Positions 27,224 to 36,497 of a DNA stretch of 64,000 nt are shown here, piece by piece. The position numbers and the translations under genes were made by a program. Where the stretch lies: contig JAJZYH010000004.1 in assembly GCA_021798195.1 (NCBI GenBank), forward strand, positions 8,095-72,094. Reading direction: 5' to 3'. The DNA comes from Thermoplasmata archaeon. GTDB taxonomy: Archaea; Thermoplasmatota; Thermoplasmata; Lutacidiplasmatales; UBA184. Each line of letters begins with the position of its first letter. Position 1 is the first letter of the stretch. The notes below the pieces were generated by a model. It did no database searches, had not been told where the DNA came from, and was given only the letters and a program-made list of their open reading frames with translations.

Positions 27224-28783
27224 GTGATGGACGGAGGCTCCCGCGCAGGGGCCGCCCCCTCCCTGCGTCTCCGGGGCTGGGCACCGCTCCCGCCGGACGG
27301 ATCCTCCCGCGACCGTGTGGCCACCTACCTTCCGCATGAACGGGAGATGTGGGACCGCTGGAGGGATTGGATCCGGGCCGTCCAGCGCACTCCCTACGGG
27401 CATCGCGTCCCCGGGGAACTCACCGCGGTCCTGCGCCTCGAGATCCCGTCCCTCCCGTTGCGCCGGGCCCTCGGGCGCCGCCCCCTTTACCGGGCTTATC
27501 CCCTGCCCGGGCGGCCCGTGGACGCAGGCTGGGTCACCTTCCCGTCCCCTTCCCCGGAGGTCCGGGACGGGGGAGTGTACCAGCTCACCCAAGTGGTCCG
27601 CCGCGCCCTGTCCATGGAGGGGAGCCGGAACTCCACCGGCCCCGTGGAGATCCTCGAGGCCGGGATCGCCACCTTCCTACCCATGGAACGATTCTACCCG
27701 GCCCCGCGTCTCAAGGGACCCGGTGAGATCCGTTCCCTCCTCCTGGAGGTGAGCGACTCCCTGGGGACTCCCCTCACCCTGGCGGAGACGCTCCTCTACC
27801 CCTTCGTGGGCGCCCCCCCCTGGCATGGGGCACCCTCGGGTCTCGACCTGGTGGTGGGGAGCTGGAACATCCCGCAGCGCAGGCTCCGGGACGCCGCCCA
27901 TCCCCTCCGGGCACTCCTCCCGCCATGGTCCTCCCGCGGCTCCCGGCGGACCCGCCCCGCACGGGAGGATGCGGCCTCCCTGGAAGGATCCCTCACCCTG
28001 CGCCCGTACCAGGTGTTCGTGGACCCACTGGGACGGCAAGGCATCCGCTCCCTCCAGGGGAAGACCCCCCAGACCGACACCTCGCACCTTCTCTACGGGA
28101 ACGTGGAGACGGAGTGGCTCTCGGCCATCCTGTTCCAGGTGCACCTACCGGTCCTTCGCCCGTGGACGCACTTCCAGGGGCTCATGGACGCCCGTCCGGA
28201 TCCCGAGCTCCAGGCCGTGGTCCAGGACCATCTCATCCGGGCCCACTTCACCGAGCCGTTGAGCCCCGAGCCCTCCGAGGTCTACCGGGCCATGGAGGAG
28301 CTTTCCCCCCGGATCCGGGAAGCCCTGGGATCCCTCCTGGTCGCGGCCGGCCTGCCGGCGCGGGATTACGAACGGGCCCTGGAGAGCTTCCGCCCGCTGC
28401 GCGATCACCTGGTCCAGGGGGCCCTTTCCCAGGCGCGGCTCTGGGCCCGCGCCGAGGCGGGAAGGGATGAGTTCCGGGCCCTCGCGGACTGTTACCTGGA
28501 CAGCGTGGCCTTCCTGACCCATTCGACCCGCCCCGCGGAGGTCCGTTCCCTCCTCACCCAATCGAGCCGCATCCGCTCCCGCGCCCAGGAGGCCCATCTC
28601 CTGGCGGTGAAGACACTCCTCCTGGAGATCCCGGACATCACCTTCGCCGAGCTCTTCGACCGCCTGAAGGCAAAGGGGGTCGTCCGGGACCCCCTCGCGC
28701 TGGAGGCGTACCTCCATCAGCTGGAGACGGAGGGACGCATCCTGTCCATCCGTCCGGGGACCTACCGCTGGATCTGGCTGTAG
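27224..28783 (+). CDS. hypothetical 519-aa protein with a C-terminal winged-helix-like region
   Basis: Long ORF in the sense orientation with coding-like composition. The C-terminus ITFAELFDRLKAKGVVRDPLALEAYLHQLETEGRILSIRPGTYRWI resembles a wHTH. No catalytic motifs recognised. Confidence 0.45.
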   Translation: MMDGGSRAGAAPSLRLRGWAPLPPDGSSRDRVATYLPHEREMWDRWRDWIRAVQRTPYGHRVPGELTAVLRLEIPSLPLRRALGRRPLYRAYPLPGRPVDAGWVTFPSPSPEVRDGGVYQLTQVVRRALSMEGSRNSTGPVEILEAGIATFLPMERFYPAPRLKGPGEIRSLLLEVSDSLGTPLTLAETLLYPFVGAPPWHGAPSGLDLVVGSWNIPQRRLRDAAHPLRALLPPWSSRGSRRTRPAREDAASLEGSLTLRPYQVFVDPLGRQGIRSLQGKTPQTDTSHLLYGNVETEWLSAILFQVHLPVLRPWTHFQGLMDARPDPELQAVVQDHLIRAHFTEPLSPEPSEVYRAMEELSPRIREALGSLLVAAGLPARDYERALESFRPLRDHLVQGALSQARLWARAEAGRDEFRALADCYLDSVAFLTHSTRPAEVRSLLTQSSRIRSRAQEAHLLAVKTLLLEIPDITFAELFDRLKAKGVVRDPLALEAYLHQLETEGRILSIRPGTYRWIWL

Positions 28784-28871
28784 CTCCCCACTCCGATGAG
28801 CTGGGGTTCCAATCCGGACCCTTCCATTAAATAGGGTCGTTGGGTCTATTCCGGATGAGGTCCCCGATCCC

Positions 28872-29102
28872 ATGGAGCGGCGGAGTTCTCCCCCGGTACG
28901 GGCTGCCCCCGGACCTTGCCCCGCCTGCCGGGGGCAGGGGATGGACCGGCGCTGGGCGTTCGACGAACGGGTCTCGGAGATCGAAGAGGTGGTCCGGCTC
29001 TGCCCTGCCTGCGGCGGGACCGGCCGCTCTCCCCCCCGTGTGGAGGTCCGCCCCGGTGCACCCGCCTCCACCTGGGCGTGGGGGCTCGGCTCCCTCCTGT
29101 GA
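28872..29102 (+). CDS. possible small zinc-ribbon protein (CPAC...x20...CPAC)
   Basis: Two CxxC pairs spaced as in a zinc ribbon. It overlaps another ORF frame, and high GC makes spurious ORFs common. Confidence 0.2.
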   Translation: MERRSSPPVRAAPGPCPACRGQGMDRRWAFDERVSEIEEVVRLCPACGGTGRSPPRVEVRPGAPASTWAWGLGSLL

Positions 29103-29154
29103 GCCGGGATCCTCCCTCAAGCCTCTTCAAGGGGTTTCCCTTCCCCTCTCTGCC

Positions 29155-29469
29155 ATGCCGGAGCACGGAGAACGCACGTCTCCGCTTTCCTGCCCCTTCT
29201 GCGGTGCGCAGGAGACCGATCGGTTCTCCATGGAGGGCCGGCTCATGATCGTCTTCGCCTGCATGTTCACGCCGGTCCTGGACCCCTCGCTCTCGGAGGA
29301 GGAGGTCGCGCGGACCCTGCGCACGGAGTACGGGGCCGAAGGGCACGGCTATTTCCGGCGGCAGTGCGACCGCCTCCACTACTTCGTGGGCAGCGGAAAG
29401 GGGAAGGATATCCTCCTCGCGGAAGCGGACTCTCCGGGAGGGGAACCCGGGGCCCCGGGATCCCCGTGA
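29155..29469 (+). CDS. small hypothetical protein with a CPFC motif
   Basis: MPEHGERTSPLSCPFCGAQETDRF... About 105 aa. Convergent with the sdh operon. Confidence 0.3.
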   Translation: MPEHGERTSPLSCPFCGAQETDRFSMEGRLMIVFACMFTPVLDPSLSEEEVARTLRTEYGAEGHGYFRRQCDRLHYFVGSGKGKDILLAEADSPGGEPGAPGSP

Positions 29470-29479
29470 AGCTCCCGAA

Positions 29480-30376
29480 CTAGGCGGGGACCGCCACGGC
29501 GCCGAGCTTGGCGAGCGCCCCCTGGGTGGAGACCAGATGCCGGGCGAGCCCCAGGGTCCCGGGATCCAGGCCCAGGGCGAGCCCCACAAGCTGCGGAAAG
29601 TGGAAGACCGGCATGTTCAGCTGGTGCCCCACCTGACGTCCCGCCTCCCGCTGGTAGGTGTCCAGGGAGATGTGGCAGAGGGGGCAGGGGGTCGCCATGG
29701 CGTCGGCCCCATGCTGCTGGGCGTCGAGGATCTGGGCGCCCGCGATCCGCTCCGCGGTGGCGGGCTTCACGAACTGGATGGGGAATCCGCAGCACATGAC
29801 ACGGCCCCGGTAGTCCACCGGTTCGGCCCCCAGCGCCCGGATCACGTCCTCGAAGGTGTGCGGGTCCTCCGGGTCGTCGAACTGCATCCGGTCGTGGGGG
29901 CGCAGGAGATGGCAGCCGTAGAAGGCCGCCACCTTGAGCCCCCGCAGGGGCCGGCGGACCTTGCTCCGCAGCGCCTCCGCGCCTCCCAGGTCCTCCACGA
30001 TGATCTGGAGGAAATGCTTCGGCGTTGCGCTCCCCGAATATGTGTAGCCGATCCCTCGGAGCGTGGCGTCCACGCGGGAGCGGATGGTGGGCGTCGTGGC
30101 GAGGACCTGGCCGGCCAGCTTGAGCATGCCCTGGCAGGTGGAGCAGACGGTCATCACCGTGGAGAGCCCCGCCCTCTCGGCGATGGCCAGGTTCCGCGCG
30201 TTGATGGCGACGTTCAGCGTGAGGTTCGATTCGTCCACGAATCCGCTTCCGCAGCAGGAGAAGGTGGGGAAGTCCACGAGTTCGAGACCCAGACGGGAGG
30301 CCACCGCCCGGGTCGCCATGTCGAGCTCCTTTCCCGATTCCTGGGCCACGCACCCCGGATAGTAGGCCACCTTCAT
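29480..30376 (-). CDS. sdhC: succinate dehydrogenase / heterodisulfide-reductase-B-like subunit with two CCG (cysteine-rich) domains (SdhE/SdhC of type E SQR)
   Basis: Two CCG domains: FSCCGSG...CSTC and VMCCGFP...CPLC. The ATG at 30376 overlaps the sdhB stop (ATGA). Confidence 0.8.
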   Translation of the reverse strand: MKVAYYPGCVAQESGKELDMATRAVASRLGLELVDFPTFSCCGSGFVDESNLTLNVAINARNLAIAERAGLSTVMTVCSTCQGMLKLAGQVLATTPTIRSRVDATLRGIGYTYSGSATPKHFLQIIVEDLGGAEALRSKVRRPLRGLKVAAFYGCHLLRPHDRMQFDDPEDPHTFEDVIRALGAEPVDYRGRVMCCGFPIQFVKPATAERIAGAQILDAQQHGADAMATPCPLCHISLDTYQREAGRQVGHQLNMPVFHFPQLVGLALGLDPGTLGLARHLVSTQGALAKLGAVAVPA

Positions 30377-31392
30377 GCGGCACCCCCCGCCTTCGACGGC
30401 TGTTGGGTCGGCCCCTTGACTCCCTGCCCGGGGACACGGGGCCGGTGCTGGAGGTCCTCCGGCCGGTCCAGCTCCCGGTAGATCGCGTCGAGTTCCTCCC
30501 GCCCCTGGATGGGAGGGTGCTTCCGGATGGACTTCCCGTGACGGGCCAGTTCGATCCCCTTGGGGATCTGGCCCAGCATGCCCACGAGCCCCAGGGTCTC
30601 GCGGGCGAGCTTCATCTCGTTGAGGAGGCCCCCCTCCCGGATGTTGGAGGCGAACTTGATGGCGTGCCGGCTCCCCCGTTCCAGGGCGCCGAGCTCCTGG
30701 TTCGCCATCCACTTGAGATCGTGGATCCGCTCGGCGGGGCGCACGTCCTTGGGGCAGGATTCCACGCAGAGGTTGCAGCGCAGGCAGAGCCAGAGGGACT
30801 GGTTCTGGACCCCCAGGAGCCGCTCGTGGAACGCACCGTCCCGGGGGTCCACCACGAAGCGGAACAGCTTGGCGAGGGCCATGGGCCCCAGGAAATCGCC
30901 ATCGGACGCGATGGCGGGGCACGCGGAATAGCAGGAGGCGCAGGCGATGCAGCGGGGGGTCTCCTGGAATTGCGCCACCTGCTCCGGCGTCATGGGGCTC
31001 TCCTTGCCCACGGGCAGAGGGTGCTGCGGATCCGGGACCAGGTACGGCCGGATCGAATGGTAGCGCTGCCAGAAGGGGCCTTGGTCCACCACGAGGTCCC
31101 GCAGGACCGGCTGGTTCGCCATGGGCTCGATCCGGAGCTTCCCCCGCGCCCGGAACTCGGGCCCCACCGGCGTGAGGCAGGCGAGCCGGCTCTTCCCGTT
31201 GATCCGCATGGCGCAGGACCCGCAGATGGCCTGGCGGCAGGAGTACCGGAGGGTGAGGGTGGGGTCGATCTCGTCCCGGATCTTGAGGAGGGCGGTGAGG
31301 ATGGGGGTATGCTCCGGTATGTCCAGCGAGAACGTATCGAACCGCGTCTGCCCCGGGGATCCCCGAAAGACCTCGAATGGTATCGTCGGCAT
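30373..31392 (-). CDS. sdhB: succinate dehydrogenase / fumarate reductase iron-sulfur subunit
   Basis: 2Fe-2S motif CRQAICGSC and two 4Fe-4S ferredoxin-like motifs (CIACASCYSACP, CLRCNLCVESCP). Confidence 0.85.
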   Translation of the reverse strand: MPTIPFEVFRGSPGQTRFDTFSLDIPEHTPILTALLKIRDEIDPTLTLRYSCRQAICGSCAMRINGKSRLACLTPVGPEFRARGKLRIEPMANQPVLRDLVVDQGPFWQRYHSIRPYLVPDPQHPLPVGKESPMTPEQVAQFQETPRCIACASCYSACPAIASDGDFLGPMALAKLFRFVVDPRDGAFHERLLGVQNQSLWLCLRCNLCVESCPKDVRPAERIHDLKWMANQELGALERGSRHAIKFASNIREGGLLNEMKLARETLGLVGMLGQIPKGIELARHGKSIRKHPPIQGREELDAIYRELDRPEDLQHRPRVPGQGVKGPTQQPSKAGGAA

Positions 31393-31393
31393 C

Positions 31394-33175
31394 TCAATAC
31401 ACCCTCTCCTTGGGCGCGTACTCCGTCACCGTCACCGGCAGGTAGCTTAAGACGGGTCCCTGGGGGGACCAGAGCGCCATGGTGTGCTTCATCCAGTTGG
31501 CATCGTCCCGCCGGGGGAAGTCCCGGCGCACGTGGGCGCCCCGGGACTCGGTGCGCGCGAGGGCGCCGGCCACGATCACCTCCGCGAGATCCAGCATGTG
31601 GCCCAGCTCGATGGCGTCGGTGAGGTTCACGTTGTAGACGGTGGACTTGTCCTCCACGTAGCAGGAGGCGTACCGGGTCCGGATCTCCCCGAGCTTGCGC
31701 CGGGCGGCCTCGAGCTGCTCCGGGGTCCGGTAGATGCCCACGTCGGCCTCCATAGTACTCTGGAGATCATTCCTCAGGCGGGCGGGCGGCTCCCCCTCCC
31801 GGCGCTCCCAGAGCGCATGGAGTTCCTTCTCGGCCGTGGAGACGTCCTCCGGGGTGAGTTCCCCCGCCGTGGTCTTCCGGGCGAACTCGGCGGCGTTGGC
31901 ACCGGCGATCTTCCCGTAGACCAGCGTCTCCAGGAGCGAATTCGCGCCGAGGCGGTTGGCCCCGTGGACGGACACGCAGGCCGCCTCTCCGGCGGCGTAG
32001 AGTCCCGCCAGGTTCGTCTCCCCCCGGGGATTGGTGTGGATGCCACCCATCATGTAGTGCTGGGCGGGATAGACCGGGATGGGCTCGGTCACGGGGTCGA
32101 TCCCCGCAAAGTTCCGGCAGAACCCCACGATCTCCTGGAGCTTGGTCTCCACCTTCTCCCGGCCGAGGTGCATCAGTTCCAGGTGGCAGGTCCCGTCCGG
32201 GAACCCCCGTCCCTCCGCCACCTCGGTGGCGATGGCGCGGGAGACCACGTCCCGGGAGGCAAGGTCCTTGACGTGGGGGGCGTAGCGCTCCATGAACCTC
32301 TCCCCGTTCTTGTTCCGGAGGATGCCCCCTTCCCCCCGGGCCCCCTCGGTGATGAGGATCCCGGAACCCGGGAGGGCGGTGGGATGGAACTGAACGAATT
32401 CCATGTCCTTGAGGTAGGCCCCGGCGCGGTAGGCCAGGGCTCCCCCGTCCCCTGTGGACGCGTGCGAGTTGGTGGTCCGGGCGTAGATCCGTCCCGCGGG
32501 GCCCGTGGCCACCACCACGGACTTGGCCGCGAAGCCCTCCACCGTGCCGGTCTTCCGGTCCAAGGCCACGACCCCGTGGACCCGCCCTCCCCGGCTCACC
32601 AGCCGGATGGCATCCCATTCCTCGTAGATCCGGACCCGGGTCTCCCGCGAGATCTCCTCGTAGAGGGCCTGGAGCAGGGCGAGCCCCGTCCGGTCGGCCG
32701 CGAAGATGGTGCGGGAGTAGGAGGCGCCTCCGAACGCCCGCCGATCCAGGGACCCGTCGGGGGCCCGGTTGAAGATGGTCCCGAAATGCTCCATCTCGAT
32801 GACCGTGGGGCCGGCTTCCCGGCACAGGATCTCCACGGCATCCTGGTCGGCGAGGTAGTCGGAACCCTTCACGGTGTCGTAGACGTGGTCCTTCACGGAA
32901 TCCTGGGGACCCAGGGCCGCGTTGATCCCGCCCTGGGCGGCCCCGGAGTGGGAACGGAGCGGGTGCAGCTTGCTGAGGATCCCCACGTCGAGCCCGGACC
33001 GGATCGCCTCCAGGGCCGCCCGTTGTCCCGCAAGGCCCGCACCCACCACCAGAACATCGTGGCGCTGCGTAGGATCACCAGGGGACGCGTACCCCGGGTC
33101 GATTATAACCCTTGGGCCCGCGAGGCGCCCGGGCCCCCGGCCTGGAGAGTCCCGGGATCGATTCCCGGGGCGCAT
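31394..33175 (-). CDS. sdhA: succinate dehydrogenase / fumarate reductase flavoprotein subunit
   Basis: FAD dinucleotide fold [11 protein letters not shown], covalent-FAD His region [10 protein letters not shown], and the active-site segments HPTAL... and RGEGG. ATG chosen at 33175; the track ORF is over-extended to 33517. Confidence 0.85.
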   Translation of the reverse strand: MRPGNRSRDSPGRGPGRLAGPRVIIDPGYASPGDPTQRHDVLVVGAGLAGQRAALEAIRSGLDVGILSKLHPLRSHSGAAQGGINAALGPQDSVKDHVYDTVKGSDYLADQDAVEILCREAGPTVIEMEHFGTIFNRAPDGSLDRRAFGGASYSRTIFAADRTGLALLQALYEEISRETRVRIYEEWDAIRLVSRGGRVHGVVALDRKTGTVEGFAAKSVVVATGPAGRIYARTTNSHASTGDGGALAYRAGAYLKDMEFVQFHPTALPGSGILITEGARGEGGILRNKNGERFMERYAPHVKDLASRDVVSRAIATEVAEGRGFPDGTCHLELMHLGREKVETKLQEIVGFCRNFAGIDPVTEPIPVYPAQHYMMGGIHTNPRGETNLAGLYAAGEAACVSVHGANRLGANSLLETLVYGKIAGANAAEFARKTTAGELTPEDVSTAEKELHALWERREGEPPARLRNDLQSTMEADVGIYRTPEQLEAARRKLGEIRTRYASCYVEDKSTVYNVNLTDAIELGHMLDLAEVIVAGALARTESRGAHVRRDFPRRDDANWMKHTMALWSPQGPVLSYLPVTVTEYAPKERVY

Positions 33176-33372
33176 CCTCCATCGCGGAAGGAAACCGCCC
33201 CGAAGGGAGCGCCGGATGCGCTCCCTCCCTCCGCCCAGGGGAGGGGTGCGAAGGGGATGGACGGGGTCTGCCCCGTCCATGGGTCCCCATCCGGTCGCCG
33301 AGAAGCTTTTGCCTCCGCACCTCGTAGGGAGAGCGAGAGCCCTCGGATGGCAGGGAGGGATCCCGGGCGAGG

Positions 33373-34023
33373 ATGGCGTCGACATCGGCGGATCCGCTGC
33401 GGATCCTCTTCGACACTTCGGCCATCCTGGACCTGTTCGCCCGGTGGACCGACGACCACCGGCAGCGGAGGGGGGACATGATCCGGGAGGTGGAGCTCCT
33501 GCGCCCCTTGAGCCCATTCCTCTACAGCACCGAACCCATCCGCGACGAGATCCGGCGCCAGATGTCCATCGCCGGAGAACTCAGCCGCTACATCCACTTC
33601 GAGAGCGTGGGCGATCTCGGGGCCGTGGACGCGTCCCGGTTCCCGCGATCCCGATGGGCCGACCTGAGCCTCACGGCCCTCGCACGGCGGATGGAGAGTT
33701 CGGAGTGCCGGGTGTTCATCCTCACCAAGGACCGGACGTTCGTGGAGGACCTCCGGAGGATGGATTGCCACGCCCGGATCGTTCCCCCCACCGGGTTCGC
33801 GGAGGCGATCACCGTCATTTCCCGCCCGGGCAGCCGGAGCGAACAACTGGCCCATCAGCTCCAGAACAACGCCTTCGTGAACATCTCCCGGGACATGCAG
33901 ATCGTGAAGAAGGAGCAGGGGGAGGCCGCGTACTCCGACTGGCAGACATTCCTGAATTCCCGGACCCCGGACCGACACGACCTCATCGAGGCGGTCCGGG
34001 CGACCCGCGTCCGATTGGACTGA
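33373..34023 (+). CDS. PIN-domain protein (putative nuclease), hypothetical
   Basis: N-terminal [12 protein letters not shown] (first acidic residue of the PIN fold) and a later FILTKDRTF acidic position. At 216 aa it is larger than a VapC toxin. Confidence 0.45.
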   Translation: MASTSADPLRILFDTSAILDLFARWTDDHRQRRGDMIREVELLRPLSPFLYSTEPIRDEIRRQMSIAGELSRYIHFESVGDLGAVDASRFPRSRWADLSLTALARRMESSECRVFILTKDRTFVEDLRRMDCHARIVPPTGFAEAITVISRPGSRSEQLAHQLQNNAFVNISRDMQIVKKEQGEAAYSDWQTFLNSRTPDRHDLIEAVRATRVRLD

Positions 34024-34085
34024 GGGCGGGACGCGCCGCGGGGTGGGGGCCCACCCTCCGGCACGGGGCTTCTCCCTGCGCGCCA

Positions 34086-34093
34086 CGACGCAT
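34086..34093. repeat. target-site duplication, left copy (CGACGCAT)
   Basis: Identical 8-mer immediately outside IR-L, matching 39219-39226 immediately outside the distal IR-R. Confidence 0.7.
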
Positions 34094-34101
34094 CTATAGC
34101 T

Positions 34102-35700
34102 TCAAACGAGAGGTTGCCGGAGCGGCTCCCGACGGGCCATCCAAGCCCGGATCTCCTCCCGCATCGTGGGGCTCCCCTTGCGCAGGATCCCGAGGAACTC
34201 CCGTAGCATCGGGTCCCGGTGCTTCGCTCGCGCCACGTCCGACCGACACCGCCGCGTTCGACCCTTGAGACGGCGAGCTTCCGAGAGTTTCTCCTTCGAC
34301 ACCGTCCCCATCGCCCGCACGATGTCCTCCCGCTCCCATCCCATCGCCTTCGCATATCCCTCCCGACTCCAGTTCCCCACCACCGCCATCAGCGCCCCGT
34401 GACGCGTCATCTCCTCCTCCGTCCGACCCTTCCTCGTCCGTCCTCGGATCGACAGGCGGATCTCCCGATGCCCGTGCTCGCTCCGCCAGTTCGTCCGCTC
34501 GATCTCCCTCCACCTCCCCCGAAGGTCCCGTACCTCCACGAACAGGTTCCCCTTCCTCTTCTCCCACGCCTCCCGCCTCTGCCGGACCCCCTGACGCACC
34601 TCCTCGTCGTCGATCCCCTCCGCCACCCCCTCCCATCGTCCCAGGACCTCCTCCACCTGACGGCGCTCCTCCGCCGCCGCCACCGCCACCGCTTCCCCGT
34701 CCGACCCCGTCACGTCCCGTCCCACCCCCAGCGCCTCCCGATACTCCCCGAACGCCTCCGTGAGGGTCTTCACCCGATACGCCAGCCGTGTGAACTCCCC
34801 ATCCTCCGCGAGCTTCCCCAACAGACCGTCCGCCTTCGCCAGCGAGCCGAGGAGCACGCTCCGCCCCACGTTCCACATCGCCAGCTCGTGCACCAGCGGG
34901 GCCACCGACCACACCTGGCGGGCGATCGTCCCATACGTCAGCTCGAACGGGAACCGACTCGCCCGCTCCCTCGGCCCCAGCACGTGGTCCTGCAGGATCC
35001 TCATCCACCTCGGCTCGGCGTCCTCCAGGAGCCGCTCCAACTCCTCCGCGCACCTCCGCCCCGACCCCTGCCAGTCCTCCTCCTTCCCCGGGGTGAGCTC
35101 GTTCAGTCGGGCCAGCACCCGGGTTCCCAGCAGCTTGCGCCGCACCTCCCCTTCGAGCTTCTCGAACAGGTCCTTCCCCACGTCCCGAACGTAGTGGAAT
35201 TGGCACAGCTGGAGCGGGAGACCCGACCATACCTGCCTCACCGCCTTGAGGATCCCCGTCCCCATGTCCGAGACGAGGCCCCGGGGGCGGCCGAGGGCCG
35301 CCTCCAACTCCCGGAAGAAGGCGGCGATCTCGTCCGCGTTCTCGGTGTCGAGGACCCGGGCGTCGAGGACGAGGCCGCTCCACTCGTCCCAGGCGACGAA
35401 GACGACGGGGCTCCCGGCCGTCTCCGTCCCATCGACATGGAGGAGGTAGCCCCCCTGGTCCTTCAGGGTCTTCCGAAGGGCGGGGAGCGCCCGACGGTGG
35501 AGCGCGTAGGCCCGGAGGAGGAACTCCTCCCGCCGCAGCGAGACGGTCCCGGTGCTCGGCCCCCCGTCCTCGAGGGTGGCGTGCCGACGGGTCCGCTGCT
35601 GGGTCTCCTCGAGGAAGAGGCTCTCGAGGCCGAGGAGGGTGGCGACCTTGAGGTCGTAGGTCCGATGCGCCGGAGCGACCTTGGCCAGCACGGGCGCCAC
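34102..35700 (-). CDS. DDE transposase, C-terminal catalytic part (orfB)
   Basis: 532-aa ORF inside the IS with DDE-like segments (HVDGTE..., LVSDMG..., QFHYVRDVGKDL). It is in the -1 frame relative to the upstream N-terminal ORF. Confidence 0.65.
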   Translation of the reverse strand: MAPVLAKVAPAHRTYDLKVATLLGLESLFLEETQQRTRRHATLEDGGPSTGTVSLRREEFLLRAYALHRRALPALRKTLKDQGGYLLHVDGTETAGSPVVFVAWDEWSGLVLDARVLDTENADEIAAFFRELEAALGRPRGLVSDMGTGILKAVRQVWSGLPLQLCQFHYVRDVGKDLFEKLEGEVRRKLLGTRVLARLNELTPGKEEDWQGSGRRCAEELERLLEDAEPRWMRILQDHVLGPRERASRFPFELTYGTIARQVWSVAPLVHELAMWNVGRSVLLGSLAKADGLLGKLAEDGEFTRLAYRVKTLTEAFGEYREALGVGRDVTGSDGEAVAVAAAEERRQVEEVLGRWEGVAEGIDDEEVRQGVRQRREAWEKRKGNLFVEVRDLRGRWREIERTNWRSEHGHREIRLSIRGRTRKGRTEEEMTRHGALMAVVGNWSREGYAKAMGWEREDIVRAMGTVSKEKLSEARRLKGRTRRCRSDVARAKHRDPMLREFLGILRKGSPTMREEIRAWMARREPLRQPLV

Positions 35701-35756
35701 CCAGTAGAACGGCGTCTTCGGGTGGTGACGGCAGACCCGGAGGGAAGTGCGGAAGA

Positions 35757-36311
35757 TCAGGGTGCTGCCGACGGTTTGGATCTTCCGTCGGAGCGTCTTC
35801 GGGACCTCGAGTTCCCCGTGGCACGTCGGACAGCCGGAGGGCGGTGGGGCGAGGTCGCTCGGTAGAAGAGGGAGATGGAGCGCGCGGTTTTTCTTCCCGC
35901 CTCGACACGCACCCCGACGGCGACGAGTTCCTCGGCGCGGACGGGGAGGCCGATGCGGGAGACGAAGGCGGCGAGGTCGCGGGAGGTGAGGTCGTCCTGG
36001 CGGAGGGCGTCGGTGAGGGTGGGGAAGTCGACGGGAGGGAGGGGGAAGGGGCCGTCCTCGACGACGCCCGGTAGGGTAGGGCGAGGGACGGGATGGCCGT
36101 GGCGGGCGAGTTGGGCGTAGAAGGCATGGAGGAGTTGGTCGTCGTGCAGGGCCAATACCTTCCGCTCGAGTGCGGTGCGTTTCTCCGAGGTGAGGATGTC
36201 GAGACGGCCAAGGTAGAGTTCGGTCCGGTTTCGCACGCGGGATCCGTCGCGAAAAGCTCTGGCGACAACCCAGTAATCATGGCCGCGGTTAGGGCAAATC
36301 TCGAGGAACAT
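35757..36311 (-). CDS. transposase N-terminal part (orfA), separated from orfB by a -1 frameshift (programmed slippage or inactivating mutation)
   Basis: MFLEICPNRGHDYWVVARAFRDGSRVRNRTELYLGRLD resembles the N-termini of IS1634-group transposases. The same 5' segment recurs at 38880-39218. Confidence 0.55.
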   Translation of the reverse strand: MFLEICPNRGHDYWVVARAFRDGSRVRNRTELYLGRLDILTSEKRTALERKVLALHDDQLLHAFYAQLARHGHPVPRPTLPGVVEDGPFPLPPVDFPTLTDALRQDDLTSRDLAAFVSRIGLPVRAEELVAVGVRVEAGRKTARSISLFYRATSPHRPPAVRRATGNSRSRRRSDGRSKPSAAP

Positions 36312-36497
36312 GGTACCGGGACAAATGCTCTGGCGACATACCCTCCATTTCGGGTCACCACCGTCGAGATGGCAAGGACTGGCTGGTCCGGCGGCAACCC
36401 CTCGTTTGAAGCTATAGTCCCACAGCCTCGAGGACGCATGTATTTAAATGGGACTGCCGCATTTAAAAGAGAAAAACCTACGTGCTTGAGGTATCCC

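Larger units (their letters stand above)
34094..36417 (-). mobile_element. insertion sequence (IS4-superfamily / IS1634-like) with about 25-bp terminal inverted repeats
   Basis: IR-L 34094-34120 is ctatagcttcaaacgagaggttgccgg. IR-R (reverse complement of 36388-36417) is ctatagcttcaaacgaggggttgccgccgg. The transposase is encoded on the minus strand. Confidence 0.7.

Noticed and set aside
31484-33481. 665-aa plus-strand ORF
   Set aside because: Antisense to sdhA.
34219-35865. 548-aa plus-strand ORF inside the IS
   Set aside because: Antisense to the transposase gene. Pro/Leu/Arg-rich.
36093-36497. N-terminal 135 codons of the 773-aa ORF in the track
   Set aside because: Read-through from inside the IS right end into the cargo gene. 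The real glycoprotein start is the ATG at 36498, after an AT-rich promoter.
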